Positions 40,971 through 51,162 are shown, counted from the first letter of the stretch. The stretch is 60,153 nt of DNA from Microcoleus sp. Aus8_D1 (GCF_036702645.1 NZ_JAUBUO010000016.1:92186-152338), one strand, 5' to 3'. Notes: generated by a model from the sequence alone, not told the origin. Numbers and translations: made by a program.

Positions 40971-42359
40971 ATGCGTGTTTGCGTCATCGGTACAGGATAC
41001 GTTGGCTTAGTCACCGGCACTTGCTTGGCCCACATCGGACATCATGTCATTTGTGTAGACAACAACGAAGAAAAAGTTAAATTAATGAAGTCCGGACAGT
41101 CTCCTATTTTTGAACCCGGACTGTCTGAATTAATGTCCTCTGCTTCTCAATCGGGAAATCTAGAATTTACTTCAGATTTAGCAGCAGGAGTGGCTCACGG
41201 GGAGATTTTATTCATTGCGGTAGGGACTCCTCCTTTGCCCACTGGAGAAAGCGATACTCGCTACGTGGAAGCGGTTGCGCGCGGCATTGGCGCTCATCTC
41301 GACGGCGATTACAAAGTGATCGTAAACAAATCAACTGTACCCATCGGTTCGGGGGATTGGGTGCGGAGGATTGTATTAGACGGTTTGGCTGAACGTCAAA
41401 AAGCTCAAAGCGGTGAGGGCGTTACAGGTGAGGAAGTAGCAGCAAAAATAGGTGCTGATTTTGATGTGGTTAGCAATCCAGAGTTTTTGCGGGAGGGTTG
41501 CGCGGTTTTCGATACGTTTAATCCCGATCGCATTGTTCTCGGCAGCAACTCTCAGCGGGCGATGGATATGATGCTACAATTATACACGCCAATTGTCGAT
41601 CGCAAGTTTGCAGAAAATCCGTCTTTGCCTGTGGTACCTGTAGTGATGACTGATATCAGTTCGGCGGAGATGATTAAGTACGCAGCTAATGCTTTTTTGG
41701 CGACTAAGATTAGCTTTATCAATGAAGTGGCTAATATTTGCGATCGTGTCGGCGCAGATGTTACCCAAGTAGCCAAAGGTATCGGTTTAGATTCGCGAAT
41801 TGGCGGCAAGTTTTTGCAGGCTGGTATCGGTTGGGGCGGTTCTTGTTTCCCCAAAGATGTCTCGGCATTAGTTCACACTGCTGAGGATTACGGCTACGAG
41901 GCGCATTTGCTGAAAGCGGCGGTGGAAGTTAACGAACGCCAGCGCTTGATTGCAATTGAAAAGTTGCAGCAAGTTTTGAAGATTCTCAAAGGTAAAACAG
42001 TCGGACTTTTGGGTTTGACTTTCAAGCCGGATACTGACGATTTGCGGGATGCCCCAGCGCTGAATTTAATCGATAATTTGAACAGATTGGGAGCGAAAGT
42101 TAAAGCTTACGATCCGATTGTTTCTCAAACTGGGATGCGTCACGGTTTGTCCGGTGTTTTGGTGGAAACCGATCCGGAAAGGTTGGCTGATGGTTGCGAT
42201 GCTTTGGTGTTGGTGACTGACTGGGAACAGTTTCGTAATTTAGATTACGATAAAATGGCCAAATTGATGGCTCATGCAGTGATGATTGACGGCCGCAATT
42301 TCTTGGACAAGAAGGTTTTAGAAGCTGCTGGTTTCCAATATGTAGGGATTGGAAGATAA
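40971..42359 (+). CDS. ugd: UDP-glucose 6-dehydrogenase
   Basis: [30 protein letters not shown] and catalytic [17 protein letters not shown]. The ORF-track start 40854 runs through the STR. Confidence 0.9.
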   Translation: MRVCVIGTGYVGLVTGTCLAHIGHHVICVDNNEEKVKLMKSGQSPIFEPGLSELMSSASQSGNLEFTSDLAAGVAHGEILFIAVGTPPLPTGESDTRYVEAVARGIGAHLDGDYKVIVNKSTVPIGSGDWVRRIVLDGLAERQKAQSGEGVTGEEVAAKIGADFDVVSNPEFLREGCAVFDTFNPDRIVLGSNSQRAMDMMLQLYTPIVDRKFAENPSLPVVPVVMTDISSAEMIKYAANAFLATKISFINEVANICDRVGADVTQVAKGIGLDSRIGGKFLQAGIGWGGSCFPKDVSALVHTAEDYGYEAHLLKAAVEVNERQRLIAIEKLQQVLKILKGKTVGLLGLTFKPDTDDLRDAPALNLIDNLNRLGAKVKAYDPIVSQTGMRHGLSGVLVETDPERLADGCDALVLVTDWEQFRNLDYDKMAKLMAHAVMIDGRNFLDKKVLEAAGFQYVGIGR

Positions 42360-42457
42360 GAAAGAGTTTTGAGGATAATATCTATCCTGTAGGGTGCGCT
42401 ATGCGCACCTTACAAAACTCGCAGCCAACAATCGCGCGTTTGCTCGCCCCGCCTGCT

Positions 42458-42928
42458 TTAGAAACTTTCCATTAAGGTTTTTTCTTGAGCGTAAACATCT
42501 CGTAGTTGTTGCAGTGCTGAGGCAGAAATTACCGATTTAACTGTAGCGACTAATGTACCCCATTCCAGCAAGCTGTCAACTGAAACAGCGGCTTTGAAGT
42601 TGTACGTATAGAATTTAGTCCAAAATTCTGGTGCTTGGGTGCGTTTCCAGCGTTTGTACCAGCCGAGAAAATCTTGAGCGCAGGCTGGTTTTACTTCTAA
42701 GATTGGGGGGAAATCGGCGTAGCTGACAAATCTACTCAGGCCTTTGGCGTGTACGTACACCATGTTGTGACAGCATTCGATTCGGTAAATTTGGTCGGGC
42801 GTGATGTTGAACAAAAGTGCTACTGTTTCTTCGGTGACAAATCTCGATCGCGGATTGACTATTGACGATTTGTGAATAATTTTTGAGGCGCCGATCGCTG
42901 ACGACCTTAACTGATTCTCTGATATCAT
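42458..42928 (-). CDS. Hypothetical protein, 156 aa
   Basis: Clean ORF with HIP1 sites; no recognisable family. Confidence 0.4.
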   Translation of the reverse strand: MISENQLRSSAIGASKIIHKSSIVNPRSRFVTEETVALLFNITPDQIYRIECCHNMVYVHAKGLSRFVSYADFPPILEVKPACAQDFLGWYKRWKRTQAPEFWTKFYTYNFKAAVSVDSLLEWGTLVATVKSVISASALQQLRDVYAQEKTLMESF

Positions 42929-43093
42929 TGTAGTTGCATCTGGTGGTGGTAGCTCAATCTATCTGCTAGGTGCGACCGACTGAAATTATCTGTCAGAATT
43001 AATTTTAACAGGCGATCGCCTTTAGTTTCGCTGACCGGGGGCGATCGCTTTTTGCTATATTATACTAAATCCAAAATTTTGTAAATAGTTTAT

Positions 43094-43312
43094 ATGAGTA
43101 AAGGTTTAGTCAGGTTGCGGGTTCGAGAGTTGGCGGCCGAGAAGGGATGGACGCTGAAGGAGGTTGCGGAGCGATCGGGCGTCGGCTACAGTACGATTAG
43201 CAATTATGCCCGCTCTCAGGGGATGGCGATGGTTGACTTTGCGGCAGTGTACAAGTTGGCCCGCACCTTTGATGTGCTGATTGAGGATTTTGTGATCATC
43301 ATGGAAAAGTAG
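43094..43312 (+). CDS. XRE-family HTH transcriptional regulator, 72 aa
   Basis: KGWTLKEVAERSGVGYSTISNYARSQ is an HTH_XRE signature. C-terminus resembles that of 10327..10524. Confidence 0.65.
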   Translation: MSKGLVRLRVRELAAEKGWTLKEVAERSGVGYSTISNYARSQGMAMVDFAAVYKLARTFDVLIEDFVIIMEK

Positions 43313-43423
43313 GTGCTTTTTGGCGATCGAGTTTTGTTTTTGCGATCGACCTTTTTGTCGAAATTATAGCAGTTTTAAATCGGATCAACAATTGCCCCGA
43401 AATTCGGACACGGTAGTAATCGT

Positions 43424-43745
43424 AGGGTGTGTCGCCTGCGAAGAATCCCTAACTAAATATCGAAAATCTCAAAGCTCCGCACCTGTCAACTCGCCCGATC
43501 GCCAATAAAGTCGATCGCCTACAATCAAGTATTCGGGTGTGTCGCCACAAAAAATCCTTAGCCAAACATGAAAAATCTCAAAGCGACGCACCTGTGAACT
43601 CGCCCGATCGCCAATAAAGTCGATCGCCTACAATCAAGTATTCGGGTGTGTCGCCACAGAAAATCCTTAGCCAAACATCGAAAATCTCAAAGCGACGCAC
43701 CTGTCAACTCGCCCGATCGCCACTAAAGTCGATCGCCTACAATCA
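43424..43745. repeat. Tandem array of ~3 copies of a 109-bp unit immediately upstream of the NACHT gene
   Basis: acctgt(c/g)aactcgcccgatcgccaataaagtcgatcgcctacaatcaag... recurs at 43481, 43590 and 43699. ORF 43320..43508 and the 43648 start extension are repeat artefacts. Confidence 0.85.
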
Positions 43746-43785
43746 AACTAACCCGCTTCGAGCAGCGCATCAGGAGAACCGTCAA

Positions 43786-46700
43786 ATGTCAGATCCGATT
43801 ACCTTGGGCTTGCTTTTCACAGTCGCTTGGCAAGGCATACTAGGAACTCAAGTTAATGATGCAGCAAAACATCTCTGTTTGACAGGCATTAAAAAGATAT
43901 CGCGAAACGGTAAAATTGTCAATCACGATTTAGAAAAAGCGCTGAAAACATCTTTCCTGAAAGCTCAGCAGCAAATCGCCTCAGAATGCAAGCAGGAAAT
44001 CGATCCGAAAAATAGCGCTAACCGAGAGAGTTTTAGCTATTCGCTGCAAGACAGGCGGCGCGATTTTGATTGGTTGAAACGAAAGCTCGAAAAGCTCAAA
44101 TTAGATTTAGAACAGGTTAATAAAGAAACAGTCCCGTCTGGGATTCCGATTGAGGGTTTAGATGAGATAGAATTGCTGCTGACTGCCACAGATGAGTTAA
44201 AGCAGAATCGGGTAGCAGCAGTTGAGCAAAAATTGCTGGAAGTTGCCCTCGAAAATTGCGATGTCGCACATTACAAAACGAAGTTAGAGCAAGAGTTGTT
44301 TGCCTTGGTGGCTGCATACTTTGCTCAAGAAATCAAGGAAAATGAAAAGGTTTTTCAGATATTCACCGGGCAAACTTTGACGCGAATTGATACCACAACC
44401 CAAGAGATGTATGCTTGGCTTGAGGAGATTGTGCAAAAGAGCCGCATTGTTTACCAACCGATTGACTGGCGGGCTATTTGTCAGCAGATTTTAGACGAGA
44501 AAGAACAGCAGCGGCTCAGTAGCAATCAGCTAACTTTTGGCGATCGTCAAATTGATGATGTTTATGTGCCGCTGGGATTGGTTGAACGGCACAAAGTGAC
44601 TCAGCGCCGGGAGGATTTGGCGGCGGAGGAAGGTTCGGATTTGTACCGGGAAAAAGAAGTAACTCAAACCTTTGAAAATAAGGAGTTTCTGGAGCAAGTT
44701 TTGCGGGGAGGAAGTAGCCCGAAGAGCAATGGGAAGCGGTTAGCAATTATTGGGGAACCGGGGGCGGGGAAAACTACGCTGTTGCGGCAGATTGCTAATT
44801 GGGTGGCGGAGGAAATTTCCGAGGCGATTGTTATTTGGGTTGCTTTGGCGGATTTGCAGGGGAAAGATTTAGAATCGTATTTATTTGATACTTGGTTGCT
44901 GGCGGCAATTAAGAGGGTTGGGAAAGCTGAGGCGACGGCGGATATTAAAGATGATTTTTTAGCACAGTTTAATGCTGAGCGGGTTTGGTTGGTGTTGGAT
45001 GGCGCGGATGAGATGGCTGCGGGTGATGGGAATCCTTTGGCGGAAATTCAGCGACAAGTTAGAACGGGCGGCTGTGTTCAAAGGGCGCGGATTGTGCTAA
45101 GTTGTCGGCAGAATGTTTGGGATGCGATCGGCTCTGCCTTGGATACTTTTGATACTTATCGTACTCTGGAGTTTTCCTATCCCGAACAGGTGGAAATGTT
45201 TATCGATAAGTGGTTTGGAACCCCCCCTAACCCCCCCTTGCTAAGGGGGGGGACAAGAGAAGAAGGGGATACTTTTGCTCGTGGTTTATCAACGCAGGCG
45301 ACAGGAGAAGGGAACACTCTTACTCCCCCCTTAGCAAGGGGGGCTGGGGGGGTTCTTCCTCCCTCCATCCCAACCCAAAATACAGAAGAAACTCTTACTC
45401 CCCCCTTAGCAAGGGGGGCTGGGGGGGTGCTTTCCCAACAGCTACGGGAAGCATTAGCAGCATCGGGGAAAGAGCGAATTCAAGACTTAGTAAAAAATCC
45501 GCTGAGATGTTCGCTGCTGTGCGGTACTTGGCAGTCGTTGGATGGGGATTTGCCGGATACTAAGGCTAAGCTTTATCGGCGGTTTGTGACTGCTTTGTAT
45601 CAGTGGAAGGAACCGCGCCTGAATTGGAGTCAGCAGCAGGATTTGAATGCGGCTTTGGGGAAATTGGCTCTGGCTGGGATGTTAAATGAAACGGATCGGT
45701 TTCAGTTACGAGAAAGTGTGGGATATCGGGTGATGGGTGCATCGCAGTTTGAGATAGCTTGCCGCTTGGGTTGGCTGAATTTGGTGGCGAGGGATGCGGA
45801 GACGGCGGAAGGGATTTATGCTTTTTATCATCCGACTTTTCAGGAATATTTTGCGGCGTTGGCGGCTGAGGATTGGCATTTTTTCTTGAATCATTTTCCT
45901 GGGAATCCGCAGCATCCTGATGCTCGATATCGGATTTTTGAGAAGCAGTGGAAGGAGGTTATTTTGCTGTGGTTGGGCCGTGAGGAGGTTGGGAAGGAGG
46001 AGAAGGAAGCGTTTATTAAGGCGTTGGTTGAGTTTGAGGATGGGTGTGGTAAATTTTATGGAGATCGGGCATATTTTCTCGCGGCTGCGGGGATTGCTGA
46101 GTTTAAGGATTGCAGTTTTGCTGATGAGATTGTGTCGCAGGTTATTAAGTGGGGGTTTGGTTATTTTGATGAGGAAAAGCAGGAGTGGCAAACATTTATC
46201 GCTCCACTGGCAGAGAGTTCATGGGATATACTGAAGGAGACGGATCGGAAAAGGGCGATCGTAGCTTTAGTTGAGTCAATCCGCAATTCAGGTAATGAAA
46301 AAACCCGGTGGATAGCGGCAAATATATTAGGGGAAATAAGCAAAGATAATCCAGTTGCGATCGAAGCTTTCGTCGAGTTAATCCGTAATTCTCAGGATGA
46401 AAATACCCGGAGGGAGGCGGCAGCTAGCTTAGGAACAATAGGCAAATCTAACCCTGTTGCGATCGAAGCTTTAGTCGAGTTAATCCGTAGTTCTCAGGAT
46501 GAAGATACTTGGAAGCAAGCGGCAAAAAGCTTAGGAGAAATAGGTGAAGATAACCCAGTTGCAATCTCCGGGTTAGTCAAGTTAATTCGCAATTCAGGCG
46601 AACAAAATACCCGGATGACAGCGGCAAATAGCTTAGGAAAAATTGACATAAATAACTTAGTTATACTTGTAAATTTTGATGAACTGAGTGCTACTTCTGA

Positions 46701-47607
46701 AGATGACAATACGATGATTAAATTGGCATATAGCTTGTCAAAATCAGTAACAAACAACTCTCTGATACTCGCAAATTTAGATAATTGCGACGAGCTTATT
46801 GGTACTTCTGAGGATGACAATACCTGGAGAAATGCCCTAAATATCTTAGGAAAAATCGAAAAAGATAACTCAGTTGCGCTCTCAGCTTTAGTCGAGTTAA
46901 TCGGTACTTTTCAGGATAAAAATACCCGGAGGAGAGCGACTGTAAGCCTAGGGCAAATATGCAAAAACAACCCGGATGCGATCGCCGCTTTAGTCGAGTT
47001 AATCAGCAATTCAGGTGATAGACATATCCGTAGTATAGCGGCAGATAGCTTAGGTGAAATCATGAAAGATAAACACTTCGCGATCGCAGTCTCTGGTTTG
47101 AAAGATTGCCTAACTTCCGAAATCTACAAAAACGACTTTACTCTTTATCACAAGTGCTGCCTCGTCATCTCTGACTGTGCCCAAAGCAAGACTTACCCAG
47201 AATTTTATCAAGCATGGCACACTCAACCCACCAATTCCCCAATACCGGACAACCACCCACAAAATCCAGATATCCCCACACTCCTAAAACAACTCAAACC
47301 CACAGATAAAACCTTCCCCGTACCCCTCAACATTCGCGCGTTAGAAGGCGAAACCGATATAAGCCCGATCGCCCAAGAACTCTGTACCCAACTATATCAA
47401 ACAATCTTCCCCGCAGATACAGACATCCCCGCCATCCGCAACGCCCCGGAATTCAAGCGATTAATCCCCCAACTCAAACACCGGCTGCAAAAACCGCACA
47501 TCGCCTTAATCTTGCACTCGTGCCCGTGCGAAAATGCGCTTTCGTCTTTCACCCGCAAACTCGCCGACTCTCACATGGGTATTCATATCGCCTGGATTAG
47601 CGATTAA
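43786..47607 (+). CDS. STAND NTPase: unknown N-terminal domain + NACHT + C-terminal HEAT (PBS-lyase-type) repeats
   Basis: Walker A GEPGAGKTTLLRQIANW and Walker B VWLVLDGADEM. At least 8 HEAT-like repeats (AIEALVELIRSSQDEDTWKQAAKSLGEIG...). Start at Met47 of the track ORF, after the CAGGAGAA RBS. Confidence 0.85.
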   Translation: MSDPITLGLLFTVAWQGILGTQVNDAAKHLCLTGIKKISRNGKIVNHDLEKALKTSFLKAQQQIASECKQEIDPKNSANRESFSYSLQDRRRDFDWLKRKLEKLKLDLEQVNKETVPSGIPIEGLDEIELLLTATDELKQNRVAAVEQKLLEVALENCDVAHYKTKLEQELFALVAAYFAQEIKENEKVFQIFTGQTLTRIDTTTQEMYAWLEEIVQKSRIVYQPIDWRAICQQILDEKEQQRLSSNQLTFGDRQIDDVYVPLGLVERHKVTQRREDLAAEEGSDLYREKEVTQTFENKEFLEQVLRGGSSPKSNGKRLAIIGEPGAGKTTLLRQIANWVAEEISEAIVIWVALADLQGKDLESYLFDTWLLAAIKRVGKAEATADIKDDFLAQFNAERVWLVLDGADEMAAGDGNPLAEIQRQVRTGGCVQRARIVLSCRQNVWDAIGSALDTFDTYRTLEFSYPEQVEMFIDKWFGTPPNPPLLRGGTREEGDTFARGLSTQATGEGNTLTPPLARGAGGVLPPSIPTQNTEETLTPPLARGAGGVLSQQLREALAASGKERIQDLVKNPLRCSLLCGTWQSLDGDLPDTKAKLYRRFVTALYQWKEPRLNWSQQQDLNAALGKLALAGMLNETDRFQLRESVGYRVMGASQFEIACRLGWLNLVARDAETAEGIYAFYHPTFQEYFAALAAEDWHFFLNHFPGNPQHPDARYRIFEKQWKEVILLWLGREEVGKEEKEAFIKALVEFEDGCGKFYGDRAYFLAAAGIAEFKDCSFADEIVSQVIKWGFGYFDEEKQEWQTFIAPLAESSWDILKETDRKRAIVALVESIRNSGNEKTRWIAANILGEISKDNPVAIEAFVELIRNSQDENTRREAAASLGTIGKSNPVAIEALVELIRSSQDEDTWKQAAKSLGEIGEDNPVAISGLVKLIRNSGEQNTRMTAANSLGKIDINNLVILVNFDELSATSEDDNTMIKLAYSLSKSVTNNSLILANLDNCDELIGTSEDDNTWRNALNILGKIEKDNSVALSALVELIGTFQDKNTRRRATVSLGQICKNNPDAIAALVELISNSGDRHIRSIAADSLGEIMKDKHFAIAVSGLKDCLTSEIYKNDFTLYHKCCLVISDCAQSKTYPEFYQAWHTQPTNSPIPDNHPQNPDIPTLLKQLKPTDKTFPVPLNIRALEGETDISPIAQELCTQLYQTIFPADTDIPAIRNAPEFKRLIPQLKHRLQKPHIALILHSCPCENALSSFTRKLADSHMGIHIAWISD
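45232..45425. repeat. Three copies of a near-palindromic mini-element CCCCCCTT(A/G)GC(A/T)AAGGGGGG embedded in frame in the NACHT gene
   Basis: 45232-45252 in one orientation; 45315-45352 and 45388-45425 as a 38-bp direct repeat in the other. They encode PPLLRGG / PPLARGAGG. Confidence 0.75.
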
Positions 47608-47640
47608 GCAGGCGAAAACCATGTTATACTGATTTTATGG

Positions 47641-47666
47641 TTTAACCCCTTAAATAAGGGGTTAAA
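47641..47666. repeat. Island palindrome family, copy 1 (TTTAACCCCTTAAATAAGGGGTTAAA)
   Basis: Perfect 11-bp arms. Related copies at 49302, 51469, 51682, 54661 and 57558. Confidence 0.8.
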
Positions 47667-47750
47667 TACCAGGCACATTCTAGTCATTATCTAGAAAGTA
47701 TCTAGAAACCCAGAACCTTGACAAACCAATAGTCACAGAGAGAACCTACC

Positions 47751-49202
47751 ATGAAAGCTCAATCTCAAAAGGCACAGTCCGCTTGTGATGTATCTGTTTA
47801 CTCTGACAAAGGGTCACTCGCCTTGCGCTTCCCCAAGCGCCATAGCACCCTGTGGGAGCTACTAGACGGTAAATCACTCAAGGGTAAGCCTAAGTGCTTA
47901 GGAATAGGCAAATACGGCTACTCTGATACCCCAGAGGATTGGAAGCGGGCTAGCCAAATTGCTGCTGCGATGGAGGCTGATTTAGACCATCCAGAGTGGG
48001 AAAAGCTGTTTGACCCTACCCTTGCTAAATATGGCTTAGGAGGGGGCAAATATGCTAAGTTAGCTGATGTACTTCAATTGCCGGGTACGACTCAAACCGT
48101 ACCTGAGATAACCGTAGGTGCGATGTGGGAAGCATATCTATTGTGGAAAAAAACAACCATAGAAGAAACTACTTTTGACACAACGTACAAAAAATATGGC
48201 AACATAATTTACGGTAAAATTTTTCAAAACAAGGGTAGTCAGTTGACACTATCTGACAACCCGCTAGCTACCGTTCATTTAAATGACAAACAGGGTATTG
48301 AAACCGCGCTTGATTCAATAACATCCAAACTCAAAACTTTGAGTTTGAGAGCGTTAAATCAAGCCTTTGAGTATGCCCAATCAAAAGGATTAATCGTTAA
48401 TTCGGCTACTAACAATCCTTTTGCTACTAACAAATTTAGCGTACCTGTTGTCACAACACAGCAAAAGTATGCTGACAAAGTAGTTAATGGTGAGATTGTA
48501 GAATGGCATGAAGTAGAGGATGAGAAAGCTTTAGAGAATGATAAGCGTGCCTTTACTAAGGATGAACGTGATATCATCATCAAAGCGTTTTATGAGTCTG
48601 ATAGCAATAGAACTCGCAAAGGTTCTATCATGTTTGCACCGTTTATCGAATTTCTGTTTTTAACGGGTTGTCGCCCTAGCGAAGTTTATGCACTAACTTG
48701 GCGTGACGTTAATTTTGAACGTCATGTTATCAAAATTAGTAAGTCACTAGGTGCTTCTACTCGCAAGGTTAAAAACACTAAGACGGGCGAGAGCCGCTTG
48801 TTTTATTTTGAAGATTTTGAACGTTTAAAAGCTTTGTTGTTAGAAATTAAAGGCGACAAAACAGAGGGTTTAATTTTTTCAAATGCCAATGGGGGGTATA
48901 TAGATACTTCTTCCCTAGGGAGAGTTTGGCGTGATTATGTAAAAAAACAAACTCTCAAATCAGGGGAAGAAGTAACGTATTTCTATCCCGGTATAGTCTC
49001 ACAATTGGCTCGTGAAGGCAAAATTAGTGGTTATTTAGCGTCCTATCATTGCCGTCACACTTACATCACGCTAACCGCGCAAGCTAATAGCCACAATAAC
49101 AACGCTCTGTTACGCATAGCTAGCAGTTGTGGCAACAGTGTGGATGTGATTCTAAGACATTACTTAGGTATTAATGAGTCAACAGAGTTAGTAGTAGTCT
49201 AA
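47751..49202 (+). CDS. int: Tyrosine-type site-specific recombinase / integrase
   Basis: Catalytic box SYHCRHTYITL (HxxR) and VILRHYLG (Tyr); LTGCRPSEVYALTWRDV arm. First gene of the HIP1-free, AT-rich region. Confidence 0.85.
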   Translation: MKAQSQKAQSACDVSVYSDKGSLALRFPKRHSTLWELLDGKSLKGKPKCLGIGKYGYSDTPEDWKRASQIAAAMEADLDHPEWEKLFDPTLAKYGLGGGKYAKLADVLQLPGTTQTVPEITVGAMWEAYLLWKKTTIEETTFDTTYKKYGNIIYGKIFQNKGSQLTLSDNPLATVHLNDKQGIETALDSITSKLKTLSLRALNQAFEYAQSKGLIVNSATNNPFATNKFSVPVVTTQQKYADKVVNGEIVEWHEVEDEKALENDKRAFTKDERDIIIKAFYESDSNRTRKGSIMFAPFIEFLFLTGCRPSEVYALTWRDVNFERHVIKISKSLGASTRKVKNTKTGESRLFYFEDFERLKALLLEIKGDKTEGLIFSNANGGYIDTSSLGRVWRDYVKKQTLKSGEEVTYFYPGIVSQLAREGKISGYLASYHCRHTYITLTAQANSHNNNALLRIASSCGNSVDVILRHYLGINESTELVVV

Positions 49203-49221
49203 CCCTACCCAGTACATACCT

Positions 49222-49249
49222 ACCTACCCTAACCCGGTAGGTTTTTTTG
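49222..49249 (+). terminator. Intrinsic terminator after the integrase gene
   Basis: ACCTACC-ctaaccc-GGTAGGT followed by TTTTTT. Confidence 0.55.
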
Positions 49250-49738
49250 TGCCTACTTACTGAGTGAACCTGTAGGTCATATCATCAGTAAATATATAAC
49301 TTTATCCCCCCCAATATGGGGGGATAAATAATAAAAATATTACAGCTACTAATCAAAACTGAACCCCCCTATATTTAAATAGATAAGTTTTATTAATGAA
49401 GTGAGTCGCTATCCTTTCCCTTCATTTTTTGCAATTTATAATCACTCATGCTCTTAATCGCCACAGAAACAGCCATTTTTGCCTCCTTTAAGGCTTGAAA
49501 GGTACAAAACCCTGGGGGGGATTTATTTTTCTTTACTACCTCTTTCTACCCACTATTTTTGTATCTCTCTGTTCATGTTTTTTATCTAGTTAGTTAGTTC
49601 TAATGCAATATTTCCGTTACATTGATTTACAATTACTCTAATTTTAATATTAATAAAACTTATCTATTGTACTCCCCTATACTCGTAAATGTTTACAAAT
49701 CTTACATATGTACATCACTTAAATAACACTGTTTAATG

Positions 49739-49767
49739 TTGACAACGATGTTACCAACCTATAAAGT
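49739..49767 (+). promoter_or_regulatory. Near-consensus sigma70-type promoter TTGACA-N17-TAAAGT inside the gene-poor AT-rich stretch
   Basis: Seen directly. No plus-strand ORF for ~800 bp downstream, so it may drive an ncRNA, possibly antisense to minus ORF 49862..50101. Confidence 0.3.
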
Positions 49768-50556
49768 TCCGTAATCCTGTACTACTAAATCCGCTTTATT
49801 TACCCACAAAAAAGTAGACCAACTGAGATTGACCTACTTTGATTTACGGTTTAATAGTGCTTTAGCCGTTACAGTAAACAAAACGGATAATAGCACCTTG
49901 TGGTTTCAAATGTTGGTTGTGTTCGTCTAATTTAATTTTCCACCATCTCCGACGGCATCTATCAATTATGCTATCGCCATCCTTAAGCGCTTCTAGCTTA
50001 TAAGCAGGGACGTACCTATTCTTTGTCAGGTAATGAGATGTTACTATGTGTTCCCAATAATGGGGCATAGAGACGGGTGTATTCTCGTAATTCACAATCA
50101 TTCTGCCACTTCCTTGTTCAGAATACTTTGCGCTTAAATCGCTGGCTGTTTTCAGTATATGTCAAAATATTTCAAAACCATATAGGTTTACAAAATCAGT
50201 ATAGCGTTAAAATGGACTAAAACAGGGTGTAAATAGTAAATATAAAAATAGCCAATAAAAAACCCTCCTATTCAACTTTTTTGTACCTTTTAGTCTAATT
50301 AAGTAAGCTATAATAAATAAACCATATTAGCGACTTACGCTACAAACAAAGGTTATATAACGAACTTTTATTTTTTCTGTACCATTACCCGTAACAAAAC
50401 TTTACAGAACTTAACGGTTATACCGTTGACAAGCGGCTGCAAACCTGCAATCGTGAGTAACTAAGGAAGATTGATGCGCGGTAATGCGGTTTTGACGAAC
50501 CACACTAACCACGACTTCCCCAAACGTTTACAACCAACGATTGGAACAGAATAACT

Positions 50557-51162
50557 ATGACAGATTTACCGTTATCAAGTGATTTGCGATCGCAAATCGT
50601 AACGTCCGCGTTAGAAGAGCGAGAAGAATACTGTTCGGCACGTAAAAGCCTAGGTTTCAACTCAGGTTTTGTTTTTGGTAACTTGGGTGCTGGGAGTTTC
50701 GAGTTCTACAAACAGCTTGCTAAGAAACTAAATATAGATTCCTATGCAAAATGTTTCGGCAATGTAACCATGACTGAAACATGGAAACGTCTAGTGCATT
50801 ATGAGGGTGAGTTTCCTCCTCCTGAATCGATAGAGCGAACAGAGCGAAAAGCGAAGTTACCGAATGAGAGTCCACATATCGCTCTTAAAAAAGCGACTGT
50901 AATGGAGGAATACTTAGGGAATTCCGACAAAGCTCAAATAAACATGGTAACTGACATCACCCCACAAAGTATTTTACAGTTACCGATATTGCCTCTTTCT
51001 TCACTCCATTTTTTACCTCCTTCTCGTGGTTTGTTCTTTGTGATGGTAAGCAAAACAGAACCAAAAGTTATTTATGTAGGCAAATCTCAAAACTTAAAAG
51101 TTTCTTGGGAACCTGTTTATACCCGTAGCAGGTGTCCAATTGCAGGACACAGAAAGCGATAG
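50557..51162 (+). CDS. Hypothetical protein with a GIY-YIG-like C-terminal motif, followed in the same frame after one TAG by ORF 51172..51402
   Basis: LFFVMVSKTEPKVIYVGKSQNLKVSW resembles the GIY...YVG motif. 51172 is in frame with 50557, so this may be a disrupted gene. Confidence 0.35.
   Translation: MTDLPLSSDLRSQIVTSALEEREEYCSARKSLGFNSGFVFGNLGAGSFEFYKQLAKKLNIDSYAKCFGNVTMTETWKRLVHYEGEFPPPESIERTERKAKLPNESPHIALKKATVMEEYLGNSDKAQINMVTDITPQSILQLPILPLSSLHFLPPSRGLFFVMVSKTEPKVIYVGKSQNLKVSWEPVYTRSRCPIAGHRKR

Noticed and set aside
40660-41035. ORFs 40660..40851 and 40667..41035 (-), and the 40854 start of the ugd ORF
   Set aside because: They run through the CCCAATT heptamer STR and the 27-bp duplication. 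These are low-complexity translations; the true ugd start is 40971, after an RBS.
43320-43785. ORF 43320..43508 and the 43648 upstream extension of the NACHT ORF
   Set aside because: They lie within the 109-bp tandem repeats. The NACHT start is better placed at 43786, after CAGGAGAA.
47600-47760. tRNA or tmRNA as integration target at the island junction
   Set aside because: No cloverleaf-compatible sequence (no GTTCGAATCC-like T-arm, no acceptor-stem pairing) was seen in the junction or other intergenic regions. A tRNAscan or covariance-model run is still advisable.
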